NCBI GenBank assembly: GCA_963836075.1
Contig: CAWIIB010000009.1
Coordinates: 2,944,001-3,008,000, forward strand
Direction of reading: 5' to 3'
Length of the DNA: 64,000 bases
From: an uncultured Acidobacteriota bacterium
GTDB taxonomy: Bacteria > Acidobacteriota > JAQAZP01
Shown here: positions 9,662-18,929 of the stretch, piece after piece
How positions within the stretch are numbered: position 1 is the stretch's first letter
Layout: each line of letters begins with the position of its first letter
The notes under the pieces: generated by a model
What the model was told of the DNA's origin: nothing
Database searches by the model: none
The model's input: the letters and a program-made list of their open reading frames with translations, nothing else
Translations under genes and position numbers: made by a program

Positions 9662-10767
9662 GCGGGGTGATAAACGTTCTCTGCTACGTTTCGGGGCACG
9701 GGTATGGGCACATCACCCGGACCATCGCCCTGATCCACGCCCTGGTGGACGCGCACCCGGAGATCGGCCTCTTCGTGCGCACCGCCGCTCCCCGCTGGCT
9801 GCTGGACGCCTGTGTCGCGCACCCGGTGGACCAGACCGACCTGGCCATCGACGCCGGGGTGCTGGAGCAGGGCCCCCTGCACCAGGATGCGGAGGGGACC
9901 CTGGCCCGCTGCGCGAGGATCATGGAGCAGCGGGACGAGATCATCGGGCGTGAGACCGCCTGGTGCTCGGACCGGAAGATTTCGGTGATCGTCAGCGACA
10001 TCCCGCCCCTGGCCTCGGAGATCGGCGCCCGGGCCGGGATCCCGGTGGTGGCCATCGGCAACTTCTCCTGGGACTATATCTACCAACCCTGGGAGGAGGC
10101 TTTCCCGCAGCACGCCGGCCTGGTGCAGGCGATTCGAGAGGCGTATGACAAAACCAGCCTGTTGCTGCGCCTGCCGCTGGCCCACGTGATGGACGCCTTT
10201 CCCCGGCAGCGGGACATCCCCTTCATCGCCCGTGCCCGCAGCTGGCCGGCAGGGGAGGGTCGCCGGCGGCTGGGGATCCCCGGCGGCGAGTCACGGCCGC
10301 TGGTGCTGGTGTCCATGCGCATGGAGCACCGCCTGGCCCGGGCGGTGAACCGGCTGGTGGCCCACGGTGAGTTCGTGGTGGCCACCTTTGACCAGCGGGA
10401 CCTGGAACCGGCGGAGAACCTGGTGCTGCTGCCCGCCGCGCTGCAGAGCCGTTTCCCCGACGTGCTGGCCACGGCCGATGCGCTGGTCTCCAAGCTGGGC
10501 TACAGTATGTGCGCCGAGGCCGTGGCCGGCCGCACGCCGGTGCTCTACGCCCCGCGCTTCGATTACCGCGAGCACGACGTGCTGGCCGCCGGCATCGGCC
10601 GCTACGTGCCGGCGCTTCCCATGCCCGTGGAGGATCACGGGGGCGAGACCTGGCCCGATCTGCTCCGCCGGTTGCTGGCCGCAGCCATGCCCCCGGCCCC
10701 GCCGGTGAACGGCGCCGACATCGCCGCCCGCTTCATTTGGGGACAGTTACCTGGGAAGAAAGGGTGA
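9658..10767 (+). CDS. GT-B fold glycosyltransferase-like protein (arabinokinase N-terminal-domain-like)
   Basis: YVSGHGYGHITR, IVSDIPP, GNFSWD, VSKLGYS..AEA. Confidence 0.7.
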   Translation: MSGVINVLCYVSGHGYGHITRTIALIHALVDAHPEIGLFVRTAAPRWLLDACVAHPVDQTDLAIDAGVLEQGPLHQDAEGTLARCARIMEQRDEIIGRETAWCSDRKISVIVSDIPPLASEIGARAGIPVVAIGNFSWDYIYQPWEEAFPQHAGLVQAIREAYDKTSLLLRLPLAHVMDAFPRQRDIPFIARARSWPAGEGRRRLGIPGGESRPLVLVSMRMEHRLARAVNRLVAHGEFVVATFDQRDLEPAENLVLLPAALQSRFPDVLATADALVSKLGYSMCAEAVAGRTPVLYAPRFDYREHDVLAAGIGRYVPALPMPVEDHGGETWPDLLRRLLAAAMPPAPPVNGADIAARFIWGQLPGKKG

Positions 10768-10949
10768 CAGTCACCAATTTTCAACTAGGATTTACAAGGA
10801 TTTCAGCTGATTTTCCACGGTGACAGTCACCTGTTTTGATGGAGGCGAGTGGATGGCTGGAAACAGGTGACTGTCACGGTCCTTTGAAGATAGTTAATTG
10901 TAAGATATACATATAAATGTATTTAAAACAATAGGTGGCTGTCACCTTT
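10759..10949. repeat. Nested inverted-repeat element with four GGTGAC(A/T)GTCACC-type palindromes
   Basis: Cores at 10763, 10819, 10866 and 10934; copies 2/3 and copies 1/4 form inverted pairs. Confidence 0.75.
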
Positions 10950-11019
10950 TTCTGAAACACTGCAACGGAACCTGCGTATTGTATTATGACATAGGTACAA
11001 TCGTCCGGAGGCGGTAGCG

Positions 11020-11748
11020 ATGACCGGCAAGCAGGGACAGGACAATGGCCTCATCTTCGACGCCCGGGGCCTGACCAAGGTCTACCACATGGGCGAGGTG
11101 CAGGTACACGCCCTGCGCGGGGTGGACCTGGAACTGCGCCAGTCGGAGTTCACCGTCCTGCTGGGCCCCTCCGGCAGCGGCAAGTCCACGCTGCTCAACA
11201 TCCTGGGCGGCCTGGACACACCCACCGCGGGGCAGGTCTTCTACCGCGGCAAGGAGATCACCCTGGTGGGTGACGCCGAGCTGACCCAGTATCGCCGGCA
11301 CCACGTGGGATTCGTATTCCAGTTCTACAACCTGATCCCCAGCCTCACCGCCCGGGAGAACGTGGCCCTGGTCACCGAGATCGTACCCGACCCCCTGGCC
11401 CCGGCCGAGGCCCTGGGGCTGGTGGGCCTGGGAGACCGGGTGGACCATTTCCCGTCCCAGCTTTCCGGTGGAGAACAGCAGCGGGTGGCCATCGCCCGGG
11501 CCATCGCGAAAAGGCCCGACGTCCTGCTCTGCGACGAGCCCACCGGCGCACTGGATGTCTCCACCGGCATCGTTGTTCTGGAGGCCATCGAAACGGTGAA
11601 CAGGGAACTGGGCACCACCACCGCGGTGATCACCCACAACGCGGCCATCTCCGAGATGGCTGACACGGTGGTCCGGCTCTCCAACGGAAAGATCGCCTCG
11701 GTGGAACACAACACGACCAAGATCCATCCCCGGGAGCTTCACTGGTGA
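11020..11748 (+). CDS. ABC transporter ATP-binding protein (LolD/MacB-like)
   Basis: [25 protein letters not shown]. Confidence 0.95.
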   Translation: MTGKQGQDNGLIFDARGLTKVYHMGEVQVHALRGVDLELRQSEFTVLLGPSGSGKSTLLNILGGLDTPTAGQVFYRGKEITLVGDAELTQYRRHHVGFVFQFYNLIPSLTARENVALVTEIVPDPLAPAEALGLVGLGDRVDHFPSQLSGGEQQRVAIARAIAKRPDVLLCDEPTGALDVSTGIVVLEAIETVNRELGTTTAVITHNAAISEMADTVVRLSNGKIASVEHNTTKIHPRELHW

Positions 11749-11752
11749 TACC

Positions 11753-14116
11753 ATGAAACCGCTGAACATCAAGCTGTTTCGCGACCTGTGGCAGATCAAG
11801 GGCCAGGCCCTGGCCATCAGTATGGTCATCGCAGCCGGGGTGGCGATGTATATCGCCTACATCAGCACCTTCCAGTCGCTGGACCTGACCCAGCAGACCT
11901 ACTACGAGCGCTACCGTTTCGGCGACGTGTTCGCTTCACTGAAGCGGGCTCCGCTGAGGCTCCAGGACCGCATCGAGGAGATCCCCGGGGTGGCCCGGGT
12001 GGAGACCCGGGTGGTGGTGGGGGTGAACCTCGACGTGGAGGGATCCGAGGAACCGCTCACCGGCCGGCTGATCTCGATCCCCGAGCTGGACCGGGCCACG
12101 CTGAACGACATCTTCCTGCGCAAGGGCCGCTACATCGAACCCAACCGCCAGGACGAGGTGCTGGTCACCGAGGGCTTCGCCCTGGCCCACAACCTCGACC
12201 CGGGAGACACCGTGGCCGCGGTGATCAACGGCCGCCGGCGGGAGCTGGAGATCGTCGGTATCGCCCTCTCCCCGGAGTATGTCTACAACATCGCCCCCGG
12301 GGCGATGATGCCCGACGACAGCCGCTTCGGTATCTTCTGGATGGAGCAGAAAGCCCTTTCCACCGCTTTTGACATGGAGGGCGGGTTCAACGACGTTTCC
12401 CTGTCCCTGATGCCCGGGGCCCAGGAGGACGAGGTCATCGCCCGTCTGGACCGCCTGCTGGAACCGTACGGCGGGCTGGGCGCCTTGCCCCGCGCGCTCC
12501 AGGCGTCCCACTTCTATCTCGATGCGGAGCTGGCCGGCCTCAAGGGCGCGGGGCTGATGATCCCAGTGATCTTTCTCGCCGTGGCCGCCTTTCTGCTCAA
12601 TGTGGTGCTGCTGCGCATCGTGGCGGTGCAGCGGCCGCAGATCGCCGCCCTGAAAGCGCTGGGCTACACCAACCTCGAGATCGGCCGGCACTACACCGGC
12701 TGGAGCCTGGTGGTCTCCCTGGTGGGCGGCGCCATCGGCGTGGCCAGCGGCGCCTGGCTCGGTTCAGCCATGACCACCCTCTATGGCGACTTTTTCCGCT
12801 TCCCGATCCTGCAGTACCGGCTGGATCCCGGTGTGCTGGTGGGGGCGCTGGTGGTCAGCGTGGTCGCCGCCGTGCTGGGCGCCTTCGGCTCGGTGAAACG
12901 GGCGGTGGTGCTGCCCCCGGCCGAAGCCATGCGCCCCGAGCCGCCGTCGGGCTACGGAGTGAGCTGGGTCGAACGGCTGGGCCTCAAGCGGTTTTTCAGC
13001 CAGCCGGTGCGGATGATCATGCGCAACATCCAGCGCCGTCCCTGGCGCACCATGGCCTCGGTGATCGGCATCTCTTTCGGTGCGGCGATGATGGTGGTGG
13101 GGATGTTCTGGATCGACGCCATGGACCTGATGATGGACGTACAGTACAACGTGGCCCAGCGCCAGGACATCACGGTAACATTTGTGGAGCCGGCCTCCTC
13201 ACGTTCGCTGCACGAGATCGAGCGGATGCCCGGGGTGATCCATGCCGAGACTCTGCGCTCGGTGCCGGTGCGCCTGCGCTACGGCCACCGTTCCCGCATG
13301 GGCTCGATCACCGGCCTGGCCGCCGGGGCCCGCCTCAGCCGGGTGGTGAACACCGATTTCCGCCCGGTGACCATTCAGCCCCAGGGCCTGGTGCTCTCTT
13401 CGAAACTGGGCCAGATCCTCGGGGTGCGGGCCGGTGACGAGGTGATCGTGGAGGTGCTGGAGGGGCGGCGCCCCACCCGCACCGTGGTGGTCACCGAGCT
13501 GGTTGACGAGTTTCTCGGCACCTCGGCCTACATGGAGTCTTCGGCGCTCCATGCATTGTTGCGCGAGGGGCACAGCCTCTCCGGCGCCTTTATCCAGGTT
13601 GATCCACTTCATGCCGCCCAGCTTTACCGCCGGCTCAAAGCCGTGCCCTTTGTGGCCGGGGTGGCGCTCAAATCGGCGGCGGTGGACAGTTTCTACGACA
13701 CCATCGGCGAGAGCCTGGGCATCATGATCTTCTTCAATGTTCTTTTTGCCGGGATCATTGCCTTTGGCGTGGTCTACAACGCGGCACGGATCTCGCTCTC
13801 CGAGCGGGGCCGCGAGCTGGCCAGCCTGCGGGTGATGGGCTTCACCCGGGGTGAGATCTCTTTTATCCTTCTTGGCGAGCTGGCCCTGGTGACCCTGGTT
13901 TCCCTGCCCATCGGCATGGCCCTGGGCTACTGGCTGTCGGCGCTGGTGGTCACCGCCTACGACACCGAGGTCTACCGCTTCCCGCTGGTGGTCTCGTCGA
14001 ATACATACGCGTACGCCGCCCTCACCGTGGGCGCGGCGTCGCTGATCTCCGGCGCGGTGGTCAAACGCAAGCTCAATAATCTCGATCTCGTCGAAGTCCT
14101 CAAGACCAGGGAGTGA
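11753..14116 (+). CDS. ABC transporter permease, double FtsX/MacB domain
   Basis: Two FtsX motifs (QIAALKALGY, ELASLRVMGF); two TM clusters with large periplasmic domains. Confidence 0.92.
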   Translation: MKPLNIKLFRDLWQIKGQALAISMVIAAGVAMYIAYISTFQSLDLTQQTYYERYRFGDVFASLKRAPLRLQDRIEEIPGVARVETRVVVGVNLDVEGSEEPLTGRLISIPELDRATLNDIFLRKGRYIEPNRQDEVLVTEGFALAHNLDPGDTVAAVINGRRRELEIVGIALSPEYVYNIAPGAMMPDDSRFGIFWMEQKALSTAFDMEGGFNDVSLSLMPGAQEDEVIARLDRLLEPYGGLGALPRALQASHFYLDAELAGLKGAGLMIPVIFLAVAAFLLNVVLLRIVAVQRPQIAALKALGYTNLEIGRHYTGWSLVVSLVGGAIGVASGAWLGSAMTTLYGDFFRFPILQYRLDPGVLVGALVVSVVAAVLGAFGSVKRAVVLPPAEAMRPEPPSGYGVSWVERLGLKRFFSQPVRMIMRNIQRRPWRTMASVIGISFGAAMMVVGMFWIDAMDLMMDVQYNVAQRQDITVTFVEPASSRSLHEIERMPGVIHAETLRSVPVRLRYGHRSRMGSITGLAAGARLSRVVNTDFRPVTIQPQGLVLSSKLGQILGVRAGDEVIVEVLEGRRPTRTVVVTELVDEFLGTSAYMESSALHALLREGHSLSGAFIQVDPLHAAQLYRRLKAVPFVAGVALKSAAVDSFYDTIGESLGIMIFFNVLFAGIIAFGVVYNAARISLSERGRELASLRVMGFTRGEISFILLGELALVTLVSLPIGMALGYWLSALVVTAYDTEVYRFPLVVSSNTYAYAALTVGAASLISGAVVKRKLNNLDLVEVLKTRE

Positions 14117-14119
14117 GTA

Positions 14120-15313
14120 ATGAAACCGAAGCGCAAAACAGTCATCATCTGGTCCATCCTTATCCTGCTGGTGCTGCTGCTGGCCTGGGCCATGCGGCCC
14201 AAGCCGGTGGAAGCCGACTTCGCCACCATCCAACGCGGGTCGCTCCAGGTGACCATCGACGAGGAAGGGGAGACCCGGGTGCGCGACCGCTTCATGGTCT
14301 CGGCCCCCATGGCCGGCCGGGTGCTGCGTATCGAGCTGGAGCCCGGCGACCCGGTGGTGGGCGGCGAAACCGTTGTGGCCACCTTCAGGCCCTCCGACCC
14401 GGTGCTGCAGGATGCCCGGACCAGGGCCCAGAACGAAGCCCGGGTGGGGTCGGCCAAAGCCAGTCTGGGCACGGCCGAGGCCGAGGCGGAGCGGGCCAGG
14501 GCGGAACTGAACTTTGCCCTCAGCGAAGAGAAACGCTACCGCCGGCTGGCCGATGACGGGTTCATCTCAAGCGAGCGGCTGGAACGGGCGGAACTGGATG
14601 CACGGACCAGGGAGAAAGCCCTCTCTGCCGCCGAGTTCGCCGTCCGCTCTGCCGAGCAGGAACTGGCCGCGGCCCGGGCATCGCTGGTGGAAACCCCCAG
14701 GGCTGGTGACAAGCGAAACATCATCATCCGCGCCCCGGTGGACGGGGTGGTGCTGCAGCGCTTCCGCTGGAGCGAAGGGGTGGTGCCGGTGGGCGAGCCG
14801 CTGATCGAGATCGCCGACCCCGCCGACCTGGAGATCGTCTCCGACCTGCTCTCCTCCGATGCGGTGAAGGTGCGCCACGGCCAGAGGGTGCTCATCGAGC
14901 GCTGGGGCGGGGAGAAGGACCTGGAGGGTCTTGTCCGCCGGGTGGAACCATACGGTTTCACCAAGTACTCGGCCCTGGGCGTGGAGGAACAGCGGGTCAA
15001 CGTCATCGTCGACTTTGCCGACCCCCGGGAAGCCTGGGCCGCCCTGGGCGACGGCTACCGCGTCGAGCTGCGCATCGTGACCCAGGAAGCCGACGACGTC
15101 CTGCTGCTGCCCACCAGCAGCCTTTTCCGGGTGGGGGAGGAGCAGGCGGTGTTCGCCGTGCGCGACGGCAAGGCCACCCTGACCACCGTGGAGATCGGCA
15201 AGCGCAACGGCCTCCACGGTGAACTGCTCTCCGGCCTCGAGGAGGGGGACACGGTGATCGTCCACCCCGGCGACGCCGTCGAGGACGGGGTCAAGGTGGC
15301 GGCGAGGTCATAG
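14120..15313 (+). CDS. Periplasmic adaptor / membrane fusion protein (HlyD-like)
   Basis: N-terminal TM, VSAPMAGRV, coiled coil, IRAPVDGVV, SALGVEEQRV. Confidence 0.9.
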   Translation: MKPKRKTVIIWSILILLVLLLAWAMRPKPVEADFATIQRGSLQVTIDEEGETRVRDRFMVSAPMAGRVLRIELEPGDPVVGGETVVATFRPSDPVLQDARTRAQNEARVGSAKASLGTAEAEAERARAELNFALSEEKRYRRLADDGFISSERLERAELDARTREKALSAAEFAVRSAEQELAAARASLVETPRAGDKRNIIIRAPVDGVVLQRFRWSEGVVPVGEPLIEIADPADLEIVSDLLSSDAVKVRHGQRVLIERWGGEKDLEGLVRRVEPYGFTKYSALGVEEQRVNVIVDFADPREAWAALGDGYRVELRIVTQEADDVLLLPTSSLFRVGEEQAVFAVRDGKATLTTVEIGKRNGLHGELLSGLEEGDTVIVHPGDAVEDGVKVAARS

Positions 15314-15367
15314 ACGGATCGTCAATTCCGCCACACCGGATTGGCGCCGTGGGCGGCATCACCACCC

Positions 15368-15432
15368 ATCATCGCGAGGAGCCCGAAGGGTGACGGCTTT
15401 GCCCAATGACAGGAGGCTTCCCTCGCAATGAT
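15368..15432. repeat. Degenerate copy of the TCATTGCGAGGAG...CTCGCAATGA intergenic repeat
   Basis: atcatcgcgaggagc...cctcgcaatgat matches the ends of the 27392 element. Confidence 0.55.
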
Positions 15433-15476
15433 AACTATCTGAAGAATAAATACCTGGATTGATCACCGGCAAGTGG

Positions 15477-15485
15477 TGTTATAAT
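15477..15485 (+). promoter_or_regulatory. Extended -10 sigma70 promoter
   Basis: TGtTATAAT about 100 nt upstream of ATG 15582. Confidence 0.5.
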
Positions 15486-15581
15486 CTCCGCTCTAGCCGT
15501 GGTTGCCCATCTGTGACCGGTCTGCAGGGAATGGTTCCCGCCGCAGCCGGGCCCGGTATTTTATTTCACTGGAGTTTCCTC

Positions 15582-18500
15582 ATGCGTAACAGCCTTGTCC
15601 TGCGGTTGGCCATTGGCCTGCTGCTCATTCCTGCCCTGGCCTGTCTGGTCATGGTCTTCGTCAATGAGAGCGGAGGCCGCAAGTCCGAGACTGTGGCCAC
15701 CACCATCCCGGCGGTGCCGATGCTCGGTAAAAACCCCTCGCCCACGGAGATCGTCCAGTGGAAACAGGACCGCGAGGAGTTCAAGCGGCAGCGGGAGGAG
15801 TGGCTGGAGAGCTTGCACTTCGCGGCCCCGGGGACCGACTGGAAGGCCATCGAGAAGCAGAACCGGCGAAACAATATCGAGCAGCGGCAGGCGCTGGAAA
15901 AGGCACAGCGCCAGGCGGCCGCCCCGGTGCGCGGGGCCCAGTGGAACGAGGTGGGCAGCAACAACCAGGCCGGGCGAACCCGCTGGTCGGCCTGGAGTCC
16001 CGATGACGACACCCTCTACGTTGGTGCGGACAACGGCGGCGTCTGGAAGGGCGACATCAACGGCAGCAGCTGGCAGCCGATCAGCGACGACGTCGGCTAC
16101 GGCGCCAACCAGGTCTATGTCACCCCGGGCAGCCCCAAGGTGCTGACCTACTGCGGCTACAACGGCGAGATCTACGTCAGCACCAACGAGGGCGGCAGCT
16201 GGAACGAGCCGGGCGGGTTCGAGAACGAGGACCTGTGGGAGATCATCCGCATCGTCCGCGACCAGGGCAGCCCCCGGACGCTCTACCTGATGGCCCGCGG
16301 TGCCCACGACACCTCGGGCAATGGATTCCACCTCTACCGCTCGGAAGACGGCGGGCTGAACTACAGCTATGTTTACGACGCCGGCGGCTGGCCCCGCTGC
16401 GACATCTGGATCGACCGGGTGGACCCGGGCCCGCTCTACCTGATGGTCGGCCCCACCATGTATGTCTCCAGCACCGGCGGTGACAGCTTCACCGAACTGG
16501 GCACCGCACCGGTGCAGGCGGCTTACGTGGTACTGGAAGGTTCCGAGGCCGGAGCGCCCACCTTCTACGCCGCCATGCGGACCAACAACGGCAGCTGGCG
16601 GATGTATCGCTCCACCGACGGCGGGATGAACTGGGAGGACCGGCACGCGATCAACGATTTCTGGGAGACGGTGGGGACCTCGATCACCGACCCCGACATC
16701 GTGCTCTTCGCCGGTGTCGAAGTCTGGCGTTCCACCGATGGCGGCTCCAACTTCGCCATCGTCAACGGCTGGGGCGAGTACTACGGTGACCCGGAGTTCA
16801 AACTGCACGCCGACAACCCCAGCATGCAGACCCACTGGATCGACGGCCAGGAGGTCTTCCTCCTCAACACCGACGGTGGGTCCTACAAGTCGTATGACGG
16901 CGTGGCCACGGTGCAGAACATCTCGCTTTCCGGCCTGGGCATCAGCCAGTACTACGACATCTTCACCAGCAGCACCGATCCCTACCTCATCGCCGCCGGC
17001 GCCCAGGACCAGGGCTACCAGGTGTCCAACCCGGACGAGGCAAGGGATCCCTTCCTCAACTTCGAACAGGTCATCAGCGGTGACTACGGCCACCTGACCT
17101 CCACCAATCGCGATCACAATTTCCTCTTCAGCGTCTATCCGGGGTTCATCCTGATCCAGGTCACCGAAGAGTTCCGGAACACCTGGGGGGCCGATTTCCC
17201 GTCCGGCGCCACTTACAACGCCTGGATGCCGCCGCTGCTGGCCGATCCGCTGGACGCCAGCAACTTCTACTTCTGCGCCGACCACCTCTGGTATTACGAC
17301 CGCATCGGTGCCACCAGAGATTACGAAGCCATCGAGCTGCCCTACGATTTCGCCGCCGACGGTGGTGCCTTCGTCTCCGGGCTGGCCATCTCCCCGGCGG
17401 ATCACAACCGCTGGTACGCGGTGGGCAACGCCGGCAACTTCTGGTACTCCTCCGACGCCGGTGAAAACTGGACCATGTCCGAAGACACCGGGCCGGGGAA
17501 CTCCTACCTCTACGGCACCTCGATCATCGCTTCGCCCACCGACCCGCTCACCGCCTGGGCCGGGGGCAGCGGCTACAGCAACCCCGCGGTCTACCGCACG
17601 GTGGACGGCGGGGTGACCTGGGAGCCGATGGGGGAGGGGCTGCCGTCGACGCTGGTCTACATGCTGGCCTTCGACAACGAGCGGGACCAGAGGATCTTTG
17701 CCGCCACCGAGGCCGGGCCGTACGAATTCGACACCTACACCCGGACCTGGTCCAGCATTCTCGGCACCGAGGCGCCGATGACCACCTACTGGGCGGTGGA
17801 GGGCGTGCCCGAACTGGGGGTGGTCCGTTTCGGCACCTACGGCCGCGGCATTTGGGACTACACCCCCGAACCGCGAGTCAACGAGGGCATCCTCGCCGGT
17901 TCCGGCCCGGCCTACGACAACCCGCCGCGGGTCCACGTCTTTCCGCCGGAGGACGGCGCCGCGCCGGCCTACGCCTTCACCCGTACGGCGCGACCCATTA
18001 CGGGGCCAACGTGGCCGCCGGCGACGTGGACGGCGACGGCTTTGACGAGGTGCTCACCGGCGCCGGCCCGGGCGACATCTTCGGCCCCCACGTCCGCGGG
18101 TTCACCGTGGCCGGGGCCCCGATCCCCGGCCTGAACTTCCTGGCCTACGGTACCAACAAATACGGTGTGAACGTGGCAGCCGGCGATATCGACGCCGACG
18201 GTTACGACGAGCTGATCACCGGCGCCGGTCCGGGTGCTGTCTTCGGCCCCCACGTGCGGGCCTTCGATTACGACGGCTCGGGGGGTATCACGCCGGTCTC
18301 CGGGGTGAGTTACTTTGCCTACGGGACGCTGAAATACGGTGTGAATGTGGCCGCCGGCGACCTCGACGGCGACGGCTATGACGAGATCGTCACCGGCGCC
18401 GGTCCGGGCGCCGTGTTCGGCCCCCACGTCCGCGGCTGGAACGTGGACGGCGGGCCGGTGTCATCCATGCCCGGGGTGAGCTACTTCGCCTACGGGACGC

Positions 18501-18886
18501 TGAAGTGGGGGGTCAACGTGGCCTGCGGTGACGTGGACGGCGACGGCATCGACGAGATCATCACCGCACCCGGCCCTTCGGGCTTCTTTGCGGCGCACGT
18601 CCGCGGCTGGAACGTGGACGGCGGGGCGGTCACCACTCTGCCCGGCTTCAACCTCTTTGCCTGGCCGGCCGAAGAAGCGCTTTTCGGCGCCAACGTGGCC
18701 TCGGGCACCGACCTGGACGGCAACGGCCGCGATGAGGTGGTGGTGGGCGCCGGTCCGGACCCCAACGCCGGGGCTGCGGTGCGCGTGTTCCGTTACAGCG
18801 GGTCGGAACTGCAGCAGGCCTTTGACCTGCTGGCCTTCCCCGAAGGCTGGACCCACGGCGCCACCGTGGCGGCCGGAAAATTCTGA
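15582..18886 (+). CDS. Secreted BNR/Asp-box (VPS10-like) beta-propeller protein with C-terminal FG-GAP module, frameshifted near 17981
   Basis: Repeated S.DGG..W Asp-boxes and GTYGRGIW. One added C gives ...YAFTPYGATHYGANVAAGD..., joining the 17852 frame that ends AAGKF. Confidence 0.8.
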
Positions 18887-18929
18887 TGCCTCTGGTGGGC
18901 GGCGGCCGTCAGCCACCGTCGCCCGCCCC

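Noticed and set aside
10968-10996. dif/Xer site (tgcgtattgtattatgacatag)
   Set aside because: Arm spacing does not fit 11-6-11 and the XerC arm match is poor.
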